Shown piece by piece: positions 9,041 through 16,245 of a stretch of DNA of 55,787 bases (the stretch's first letter is position 1; each line of letters begins with the position of its first letter). This stretch comes from a virus (lineage: Duplodnaviria; Caudoviricetes), in the IMG/VR virus record IMGVR_UViG_3300036852_000461, positions 1-55,787 of that record; one strand, given 5' to 3'. The notes under the pieces were generated by a model. That model saw nothing but the letters and a program-made list of their open reading frames with translations, searched no databases and was not told where the DNA came from. Position numbers and translations under genes: made by a program.

Positions 9041-9258
9041 GCGCCCCCCTCCCGAAGACAGTCGTGTGCTCGGCCTGCGGACATCCCAAGCCGACGATGC
9101 AGACGCGCCGTTACATCACCCTGTGGGCTCGTCCGGGCGGCGGCGGAAGCCTCAACGGCATCAAAGACCAGAAGGCCCACGACATCTTCAGATGTGACGA
9201 CTGCGTACGTGACGGGAAGTTCGCCGAATCGACCGCCGAACAGGAGGTGTTGCTTTGA
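9037..9258 (+). CDS. Small CxxC protein
   Basis: GTGA-coupled; CSAC...CDDC. Confidence 0.6.
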   Translation: MSAPLPKTVVCSACGHPKPTMQTRRYITLWARPGGGGSLNGIKDQKAHDIFRCDDCVRDGKFAESTAEQEVLL

Positions 9259-9521
9259 CGGATTTGGCTGTGGCCGCGGACAAGCTGCTCGAAGTTGAGC
9301 CCGACGTGGAGGAGTACGAGTTCAAGATCGTGGGCTGCACGGGTTTCGATGGCGGTAAGGACGTTCACATCGACGAGCAGGTGTCGATCTCGCTCGGCGG
9401 CATCGTGACCGGCATCGCCGTCGTGGTGAAGCAGCGCAAGAGCCAGGACGATGACGGCGAGCTCGAGGATTACCTCGTCCGCATCGTCACGGTCAAGGCG
9501 ACGGGAGCGCGGATCAAGTAG
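9255..9521 (+). CDS. Hypothetical protein
   Basis: SD AGGAGG, TTGA coupling. Confidence 0.7.
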   Translation: MTDLAVAADKLLEVEPDVEEYEFKIVGCTGFDGGKDVHIDEQVSISLGGIVTGIAVVVKQRKSQDDDGELEDYLVRIVTVKATGARIK

Positions 9522-9761
9522 ATGGCCACACCCGCCCGCGTCCAGCGCCGCAACAGCTCGGAGGTCGGCTTCCGCGGGCCCGATTGGGTTGCGGCCGTGC
9601 CGAATCTTCGGCTGTTGCACACGTTCACGAAAACGCTCGTCGACTTCGGGATCGTGGACGTCGCGGGCGTCGACATCGCGGATTTGCACGAGTTGGTCCA
9701 CGACCTGGCGCGAGCATTGGGTGCGCCGGATGGATGGCTGCACGAAGGGATGATTGAGTGA
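9522..9761 (+). CDS. Hypothetical protein
   Basis: Abuts the previous stop; coupled to the HNH. Confidence 0.6.
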   Translation: MATPARVQRRNSSEVGFRGPDWVAAVPNLRLLHTFTKTLVDFGIVDVAGVDIADLHELVHDLARALGAPDGWLHEGMIE

Positions 9762-10444
9762 TCGGGATCGTCAAGCGGCTAGAGCGCTTTCAAACGAGCT
9801 ACGCCCTTAACGACAACGGCTGCTGGGAATGGCAGCGAGGCAGGCGGCCCAATGGCTATGGCGTGCTGATGATCAATAGGAGTCCTCAATACGCGCATCG
9901 CGTCTCGTTCATGCTCCATGTCGGTCCAATCCCCGACGGGCTATGTGTCTTGCACCGTTGCGACAACCGATGCTGCGTCAACCCGGACCACCTGTTCCTC
10001 GGCACAAAGGGTGACAACAATCGCGACCGAGCAGCGAAGGGTCGGAGTGCTCCACGTCACGGCGAGTTCTCAGCGAGCCGGAAGCTGACGTGGGAGGACG
10101 TTCGGTTCATTCGCGCGAACTACCGGCGCGGTAGCCACACCTGGGGCCAGACCGCCCTCGGCCGTCGCTTCGGCGTGTGCCACGAGACCATCCGCAAGAT
10201 CATCAACGGCGATCATTGGATCAACGATCCCGCGCTCTCAGTTGCCGTCGGCCCTCCCACCGACACGCCCAGGCCGGGGTCGGCGGCAACCAAAAGCGTC
10301 GTGACGAGACTGGCCCCCTGCCCGGTATGCAGCATGCCAATCGCTGAGCACACCAACGACGCCGCGCGCGTGTGCATGGTGCGCATGGGGCTGGCTGGTG
10401 AACGGACCCCTCGCTTACCTACCGGGGGTAAGGCAGATGTCTAA
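9758..10444 (+). CDS. HNH homing endonuclease with HTH and C-terminal extension
   Basis: CWEW..GYG..AHRVS..VLHRCDNRCCVNPDHLFLGT..DN; KLT..DVR.IR HTH. Confidence 0.9.
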   Translation: MIGIVKRLERFQTSYALNDNGCWEWQRGRRPNGYGVLMINRSPQYAHRVSFMLHVGPIPDGLCVLHRCDNRCCVNPDHLFLGTKGDNNRDRAAKGRSAPRHGEFSASRKLTWEDVRFIRANYRRGSHTWGQTALGRRFGVCHETIRKIINGDHWINDPALSVAVGPPTDTPRPGSAATKSVVTRLAPCPVCSMPIAEHTNDAARVCMVRMGLAGERTPRLPTGGKADV

Positions 10445-10988
10445 CGCGCTCAAGGGCAAGGCGCCGACCAAGCGTGACTTCGAGCGGGCCTGGACCACGA
10501 CGCTCTCCGGCTGGTCTTGGTGGGGCGATTCATACATGGCGATCCGTGGGGTCCCGTTCTGGCCCGACCTTGAGGTCGAGGATCTCGAAGCGCGCCAGAA
10601 GAGATCCGATCGTCGCTTCTCGCCGACGAAGCTGCGAGCTGCGCTGCTGCGCGTCATCCGGCAGCACAACCGCGGGGAGACGTTGCCAATCCGAGTCTCG
10701 GATATCGCTACCTTCGAGTCCTTGGGCGGTCCGTACCCCGTTTGTGTCGCACGGTCGGCGCGAAACGGCCAGGCAATACGCGGCTCAGATGGTGGCCCAT
10801 GCGTCATCAATGCCGGGTTCGCTTCCCTGCTTGAGCGACGGATCAAGGACGGTCAGTGGTTCGTCTCCGCAGATCGGCAGATGTTCATCTACGACGTGGC
10901 CGGGCGCGCACGCGCGATCGTCATGGGCATCCGGACGGGCGGTAGGCCGGTCGTTCCTTCCCACTCCGCTACCGGGGACCAGGGGTGA
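10437..10988 (+). CDS. Hypothetical protein
   Basis: Overlapping start, coupled stop; ends AIVMGIR plus a repeat-encoded tail. Confidence 0.6.
   Translation: MSNALKGKAPTKRDFERAWTTTLSGWSWWGDSYMAIRGVPFWPDLEVEDLEARQKRSDRRFSPTKLRAALLRVIRQHNRGETLPIRVSDIATFESLGGPYPVCVARSARNGQAIRGSDGGPCVINAGFASLLERRIKDGQWFVSADRQMFIYDVAGRARAIVMGIRTGGRPVVPSHSATGDQG
10931..10969 (+). repeat. 39-bp direct repeat, copy 1
   Basis: CCGGACGGGCGGTAGGCCGGTCGTTCCTTCCCACTCCGC, identical to 12189-12227. Confidence 0.95.
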
Positions 10989-11536
10989 GCACGACGACCC
11001 TGTTCCCGGAGATCCCGCGCGTCGGCCGACGCTCGCAGTTCGTCGGCGGTGCCTCTGCTCGCCGCTCGCGCCAGCACGCCGCTGTCCGGATCGGCTCGGC
11101 GGAGAACGACACGCGCATCACGCCGGATGGCCTGTTCGCGTTGCTCGATGAGGAGTTCGGGTTCACCGTGGACGTGGCGGCTGCTCCCGACAACGCGAAG
11201 TGCGAGCGGTTCTACACCGAGGCCGACAACGGGCTGACGCAGGACTGGACGGGTGAGGTCGTCTGGATGAACCCGCCCTACTCGAACATCGAGCCGTGGA
11301 CGGCCAAGGCGGTCGCTGAGAGCCGCGCAGGGGCCGTTGTGGTGGGCCTGCTGCCCGTTCGCACCGATCTCCTGTGGTTCCACCGCGACGTGCTCGACGC
11401 GGGCGCTGAGGTCCGCTTCTGCCGGGGGCGGGTGAAGTTCGCGGGGATCGGTGCTCGAGCCAACGCGCCCTTCCCGTCGATGGTCGTCGTGTGGGGGCTG
11501 TATCCGTCCAAGACCCCGAGTCAGGCCGAGTCGTGA
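10985..11536 (+). CDS. Phage DNA N6-adenine methyltransferase (T1-Dam-like)
   Basis: TP..LF..LD.EF.FTVDVAA..DNAKC..FYT..NGL.QDW....WMNPPYS...LLP.RTD..WF. Confidence 0.9.
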   Translation: MSTTTLFPEIPRVGRRSQFVGGASARRSRQHAAVRIGSAENDTRITPDGLFALLDEEFGFTVDVAAAPDNAKCERFYTEADNGLTQDWTGEVVWMNPPYSNIEPWTAKAVAESRAGAVVVGLLPVRTDLLWFHRDVLDAGAEVRFCRGRVKFAGIGARANAPFPSMVVVWGLYPSKTPSQAES

Positions 11537-11775
11537 GTCGCCACGGGTTTCCGCGCTCCCAGAAGGGTCCGAAGACGGCGCACCCGATCGCGAAGGGCAT
11601 CGCCCGTCGCATGAAGGACGCGGCGCGTGCGGAAGCGGAGGCCAGAAAGGCCGAGCGCAGCAACCGGACAGTAGAGGAGCAGCTTGCCCGCCTCGATGCT
11701 GGCGGGTTCGCCGCATGTCGTGAGCGCAAGCGACTCGCGGAGTCGCAGGGATACAGCCCCAAGGAGGAGAGATGA
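11533..11775 (+). CDS. Basic hypothetical protein
   Basis: Coupled at both ends. Confidence 0.6.
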   Translation: MSRHGFPRSQKGPKTAHPIAKGIARRMKDAARAEAEARKAERSNRTVEEQLARLDAGGFAACRERKRLAESQGYSPKEER

Positions 11776-11927
11776 ACGAACAGACCGTGAAGTGCCCGAT
11801 CTGCGGGGAGCCGTACGTCTTCTATGCCTTCAAGGCTGGGGACCAATCGGCCTGCCCGAAGTGCCAGAGCAAAGCCCGGGGCGGCTCGCTCCGGGACCGC
11901 ATCGCAAGAGCAAGAGGAGGTAAGTGA
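11772..11927 (+). CDS. Small Zn-ribbon protein (51 aa, not in ORF track)
   Basis: SD AAGGAGG; MNEQTVKCPICGEPY...ACPKCQ. Confidence 0.65.
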   Translation: MNEQTVKCPICGEPYVFYAFKAGDQSACPKCQSKARGGSLRDRIARARGGK

Positions 11928-12148
11928 TGACCGTCACAGCAAAGTTCACCGTTCGCGCCGCGGAAACGAAGTACGAAGGCGGTCCCGTTCACGTTCGGCT
12001 GACGCCCGACTACGGAACAGCCGAAGCTCCGAAGAACGCCGAGTGGGCGAAGGCCACGCCGAGCGGTGAGATCACGATGGTGATCGACAACCCGGCTGCC
12101 GCGGAGCAGTTCACGCCGGGCCGCGAGTTCACGGTGACGTTCGAGTAG
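11927..12148 (+). CDS. Hypothetical phage protein
   Basis: AKF.V...EN..WAKATPSGEITMVIDNPAA..F..G.EF.V.F. Confidence 0.8.
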   Translation: MTVTAKFTVRAAETKYEGGPVHVRLTPDYGTAEAPKNAEWAKATPSGEITMVIDNPAAAEQFTPGREFTVTFE

Positions 12149-12188
12149 GCGTGGGCGACTTCTACGACCTCCTGTCGGACGATGTCCG

Positions 12189-12227
12189 CCGGACGGGCGG
12201 TAGGCCGGTCGTTCCTTCCCACTCCGC
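12189..12227 (+). repeat. 39-bp direct repeat, copy 2
   Basis: Identical to 10931-10969; lies in the 34-codon ORF 12151-12255. Confidence 0.95.
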
Positions 12228-12251
12228 GAGTCGACCCAACGGGGGCACGGT

Positions 12252-13163
12252 ATGAGGCCGCCGTTCACGTATTACGGCGGAAAGATCGGCATGGCCGATC
12301 GCATCATCGAGATCATGCCGGCGCACCGTGTCTACATCGAGCCCTTCCTTGGTTCCGGCGCGGTCTTCTTCGCGAAGCCTCCCGTCACACACGAGATTCT
12401 CAACGACATCGATGGGGCAGTCGTGGCGTTCTTTGCCGTGCTCCGCGAGCGGCCCGAGGACCTGGCTCGCGTCTGTCGCCTGACGCCCTACGCCCGCGAG
12501 GAGTACGCGGCCGCCGACTGTGGCGCACCGGGCCTCGATGATCTTGAGATCGCCCGTCGCTTCTGGGTTCGGGTCAATCAGTCATTCGCCAAGACAGCGG
12601 GCCCTCGGACGGGCTGGTCTATCACAACGGCCCGGACGCAGTCGGTCTCCGGCTCGGTAGCCGGCCGCTTAGATCGGTTCGCAGCGTGCGCCGAGAGGCT
12701 CTCGCAAGCCGCTATCGAGTGTTGTGACGGGGCGGACCTCGTAGCGCGTCTCGCGACCCCTGACAGCGTCGTGTACGTCGATCCGCCCTACCTCGGCACG
12801 ACTCGTTCAGGGATGACCAAGAGAGGCGACTACCGGCACGAGATGGGAAGCCGCGAGGATCACGAGCGGCTCGCGGAGGTCCTCCATCGGACCCCGGCGA
12901 CTGTGCTCCTGTCGGGCTATCCCTCGCCGCTCTACGAGGACCTCTACGCCGACTGGCCGAGGCTCGAGACGGCGGTTCTGGCGCATTCGTCGAACGCCGT
13001 CACGTCGGAGCGCGGCGACCGCATGGAGGTCCTCTGGATGAACCGAGAGCTCGACCGCGGACTGTTTGCGGTCTCTCATCCGCGGCGTGGTGGCTTCGGA
13101 GGTGAAAACGCTGGTCTCTTCCAGTCCGCTCGGCCAGCGGAGTCCAAGGAAGCTGGCGCCTGA
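12252..13163 (+). CDS. DNA adenine methyltransferase (D12 class, Dam-like)
   Basis: YYGGK, YIEPFLGSGAV, EILND, YVDPPY. Confidence 0.92.
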   Translation: MRPPFTYYGGKIGMADRIIEIMPAHRVYIEPFLGSGAVFFAKPPVTHEILNDIDGAVVAFFAVLRERPEDLARVCRLTPYAREEYAAADCGAPGLDDLEIARRFWVRVNQSFAKTAGPRTGWSITTARTQSVSGSVAGRLDRFAACAERLSQAAIECCDGADLVARLATPDSVVYVDPPYLGTTRSGMTKRGDYRHEMGSREDHERLAEVLHRTPATVLLSGYPSPLYEDLYADWPRLETAVLAHSSNAVTSERGDRMEVLWMNRELDRGLFAVSHPRRGGFGGENAGLFQSARPAESKEAGA

Positions 13164-13738
13164 TGTCCCTCGAGGCGCGTACGGTGGAGATGTCTGGGGT
13201 TACCGCTCGAACGCCGGCGGACTCGGCGCTGACGAATGACGCCGGCGGCAGCGAGGGCGGTAACCCCAGGCGCTCCCCTCCGCTCCGCGCCAGGCCCGTC
13301 ACGCTCGAGGACGCGAACGTGTTCATCCGGGCGCTGCACCGGCATCACAAGCCGGTCCCCGGAGCCAAGTTCGCGATCGGGGCGACAACCGGGGAAGAGC
13401 TTGTCGGGGTCGCTGTCGTCTCGCGCCCCGTCGCCCGTCTGACCGATCAGTACGCCGTTGCTGAAGTCACCCGCCTCTGCACGAACGGCCACAAGAACGC
13501 CTGCTCGTTCCTGTACGGCGCCTGCGCCCGCGCAGCGAAGGCGATGGGGTACGACGCCATCCAGACATTCACGCTGCCGGAGGAGGGCGGTGCGTCGCTT
13601 CGCGCCGCCGGCTTCGAGAAGGTGCCCAACGACTCAGGTGGGAAGTGGGGGCGCCCGTCGCGAGTCCGCCTCAACGACGGGCAGCAACCGCTCGCGATCA
13701 AAGACAAGTGGGTCCGGATACTGCGGGAGGACGCGTGA
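13163..13738 (+). CDS. XF1762-family protein (GNAT/Mom-like)
   Basis: AN.FI..LHRHHKP..G.KFAIG...GVAVV.RPVAR...EVTRLCT.G.KNACSFLYGA..RAAKAMGY...T.TL..E.GASLRA.G. Confidence 0.8.
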   Translation: MSLEARTVEMSGVTARTPADSALTNDAGGSEGGNPRRSPPLRARPVTLEDANVFIRALHRHHKPVPGAKFAIGATTGEELVGVAVVSRPVARLTDQYAVAEVTRLCTNGHKNACSFLYGACARAAKAMGYDAIQTFTLPEEGGASLRAAGFEKVPNDSGGKWGRPSRVRLNDGQQPLAIKDKWVRILREDA

Positions 13739-13929
13739 GCAAGTACGAGTGCGCCCGCTGCGGCCGATCTGGCACACACGGGTTCACGATTGAAGTCGAA
13801 TCCGGCGAGCGGAGGACGGTGTGCCAGTCGTGGGCCGCGTGTTACCGGCGACAGCGGTCCTACAAGCAGGCGACGGCCGACTACCAACTGCGGGAGAAGT
13901 CCGGTCCGTCGCAGGGAGACGGCGCATGA
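13735..13929 (+). CDS. Small Cys-rich protein
   Basis: SD GGAGG, coupled. Confidence 0.6.
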   Translation: MSKYECARCGRSGTHGFTIEVESGERRTVCQSWAACYRRQRSYKQATADYQLREKSGPSQGDGA

Positions 13930-14150
13930 CCGGCCGCATCGTGATTGACGAGCGCCCGCCCTGTAAGGCCGAGGGCATCTACGCAGGCGACCCGGTGCCG
14001 TGCGACCTGCACGAGGGACACGAGGGCAAGCACGAGTGGACGAAGCCTCTGATGGGGCCGACCTACGTCTGGACCGACTCGCGTCCGCAGGTGCGCGAAC
14101 CATCTGTCCGCAGGGAAACGCCCTCCGATCCGGCCGGGGGTGTCCGATGA
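13926..14150 (+). CDS. Small protein with C..C...GH.G.H motif
   Basis: ATGA-coupled at both ends. Confidence 0.6.
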   Translation: MTGRIVIDERPPCKAEGIYAGDPVPCDLHEGHEGKHEWTKPLMGPTYVWTDSRPQVREPSVRRETPSDPAGGVR

Positions 14151-14791
14151 GAAAACGGAATCGGAATGGGGTCAAGCTGCCGCACACGTGCTGCGGCGAG
14201 GTCTTCACAACGTCGCAGCTCTGGTCGGCGCACAAGCGAAGGGTCCACGGTCCACCGGGCGGGTATCCGTGCCCACACTGTGATCTCGTCTCGACGGAGC
14301 CCGGCGCGCTCGGTCGTCACCTGGAGACGCACGATCCTGTCGCCCAGCACAACCGCTTCTGGTCTCGTGTGGACAAGGACGGCCCGGTTCCCGAGCACGC
14401 CCCCGAGCTTGGCCCGTGCTGGGTGTGGACGGCGTCCCGTAACCGCAACGGCTACGGCAACTTCAAGTGGCCCGGCACGGGCACCGGCCTCGGCGGCAAG
14501 TACGCGAGCGCCCACGTCTACGCCTACACGACGCTTGTCGGGTCCATCCCTGACGGCCTGACGCTCGATCACCTCTGCCGCAATCGACCGTGCGTGAACC
14601 CTGCACATCTTGAGCCCTGTACGCAGGAAGAGAACTTCGAGCGCTACCTGGTCACCCGCGAGCAGGTTCGATGTGGAGTCTGCGGGTTCATGGCCTTCGG
14701 CACCGTCGGTCTCTCCACGCACGCGAGGATGAAACACGAACTGACGCTGGCAGCGGTTTCGGAGACAGCTACCGGAGGCGACGATGCCTAA
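14147..14791 (+). CDS. HNH endonuclease flanked by C2H2 zinc fingers
   Basis: Two N-terminal and one C-terminal C2H2-like fingers; RFWSRVDK..CWVW..GYG..LDHLCRNRPCVNPAHLE. Confidence 0.88.
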   Translation: MRKRNRNGVKLPHTCCGEVFTTSQLWSAHKRRVHGPPGGYPCPHCDLVSTEPGALGRHLETHDPVAQHNRFWSRVDKDGPVPEHAPELGPCWVWTASRNRNGYGNFKWPGTGTGLGGKYASAHVYAYTTLVGSIPDGLTLDHLCRNRPCVNPAHLEPCTQEENFERYLVTREQVRCGVCGFMAFGTVGLSTHARMKHELTLAAVSETATGGDDA

Positions 14792-15023
14792 GCGCTCGTT
14801 CTTCTGCGGTCTCTGTGATGCGACGGTCGAGCACGACGCGCCTGAGGACAGCGTGTACGAGGGCATCGCTGCGGCGGCCGGGCACTTTCGCCTTATACAC
14901 CCCGAGGCGTACGAGGAGTTGCAGCGGTGGCCGGACGGCTCGCCCGTCGTGGTGGACGAGTCGATCGACCCGGACGACTTCAAGTCCGATGGTTCTTCGA
15001 CAACGGACACGGAGGCAGAGTGA
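14784..15023 (+). CDS. Hypothetical Zn-binding protein
   Basis: SD GGAGG; CGLC...HFRLIH. Confidence 0.65.
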   Translation: MPKRSFFCGLCDATVEHDAPEDSVYEGIAAAAGHFRLIHPEAYEELQRWPDGSPVVVDESIDPDDFKSDGSSTTDTEAE

Positions 15024-15463
15024 ACGAGCAGGAGATGCGGGAAGCCCAAGCTCCGACCCCCGAGACGGTCGAAGAGCTGGCTGAGTACGTCCGGTCCCTC
15101 GTGGATCGCGAGCACGACTACGGAACCTGCGTCTACGCGATGAGCCTCGCTGCGGTGGCTGCCTTCAACCACGTCGCCCACAAGCTCGGCGTGACGGGCT
15201 TCCAGGCGTCCTGCGCCGATCTCGACATCATCAAGCGGACGCGACGGATGAAGGGGCCGTTCATCGTTCTGGACGGAGCCGATCTGCTCTACCCACAGTA
15301 CGACCTGCGAGCGCGCCTCGACGAGTTCATAACCGAGGTCGAGCAGGAGTGGGCGCCGGACGAGGCGCGGAAGCTGCTCGCTGAGGAACGCGGTGTCGAG
15401 GCCGTGCGTGCCCACTGGGAGCGGCTGGCGTCCGTTCCTTCAAGCGGAACGGACGCCGAGTGA
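15020..15463 (+). CDS. Hypothetical phage protein
   Basis: HDYGTCVYA...GVTGFQASC...LLYPQYD...V.AHW. Confidence 0.75.
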   Translation: MNEQEMREAQAPTPETVEELAEYVRSLVDREHDYGTCVYAMSLAAVAAFNHVAHKLGVTGFQASCADLDIIKRTRRMKGPFIVLDGADLLYPQYDLRARLDEFITEVEQEWAPDEARKLLAEERGVEAVRAHWERLASVPSSGTDAE

Positions 15464-16030
15464 TGAATCTGAGGACGGCCAACACGCCGAAGATCGGGCG
15501 ATCGGACGACTGGTTCACGCCCGCGCGCATCATCGAAGCTCTCGGGCCGTTCGACCTCGATCCGGCGACTAGCGAGGCTCGTCCGTTTCGATACGGCGCG
15601 AGAGCACTACTGGCTCGCCAACGGCCAGGACGGGCTTGCGCTTCCTTGGCATGGTCGCGTATGGCTGAACCCGCCGTATTCCGATCCGAAGCCCTGGATG
15701 GAACGGCTGGCGGATCATGGCGACGGCATCGCGCTGATCTTCGCTCGCACGGATACGGGCTGGTTCCGCTCACAGATATGGGCTCGCGCTGATTGCTTGC
15801 TGTTCCTCGACAAGCGCGTTGCCTTCATGCGAGCAGGCGGGGATTCGCGCAACCCCGGAGGCGGCGCGGGTGGAGGGTCTCCGTCGGTGCTAGTTGGATA
15901 CGGGAAATGGGCGACGTACAAGCTTGGCGTGAGCGGGCTCCACGGCTGGTTCACAACGGGATGGAAGCGCGTCGAGAGCCCGGGCCTGCTCGGCAAACCG
16001 TCCCGAAACCCACACCCGGACGACTGCTGA
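15460..16030 (+). pseudogene. Phage N6-adenine methyltransferase split by a +1 frameshift at about 15586-15589
   Basis: Frame 1 gives DDWFTP.IIEALGPFDLDPA..RP; the +1 frame continues FDTAREHY..DGL..PWHGRVWLNPPYS...GIALIFARTDT.WF. Confidence 0.85.
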
Positions 16031-16245
16031 TGGATCACAGCGAGTTCATAGACGCTGTGCGGACGCTCTGTGAGCGTCTTCGGATGCACGGTATAGGAGG
16101 AAGCCGTACCGAAGCATTGGAACGTGTGGAGGCGATGTTGGCCGAGTTCGACGCAGGCGACGAGGACGAATACGGCGACCGTCCCATCCCACCGAATGCG
16201 GTGGTTATCGCTGAGACCGTGCTGTCTGAACGAGAGGAAACATGA
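16030..16245 (+). CDS. Hypothetical protein
   Basis: TGATG and ATGA coupling. Confidence 0.6.
   Translation: MDHSEFIDAVRTLCERLRMHGIGGSRTEALERVEAMLAEFDAGDEDEYGDRPIPPNAVVIAETVLSEREET

Noticed and set aside
14063-15415. 450-aa minus-strand ORF and similar ones (23221, 27564, 29145, 35919, 43167)
   Set aside because: Antisense shadows of well-supported genes in GC-rich DNA, with no motifs or coupling signals.
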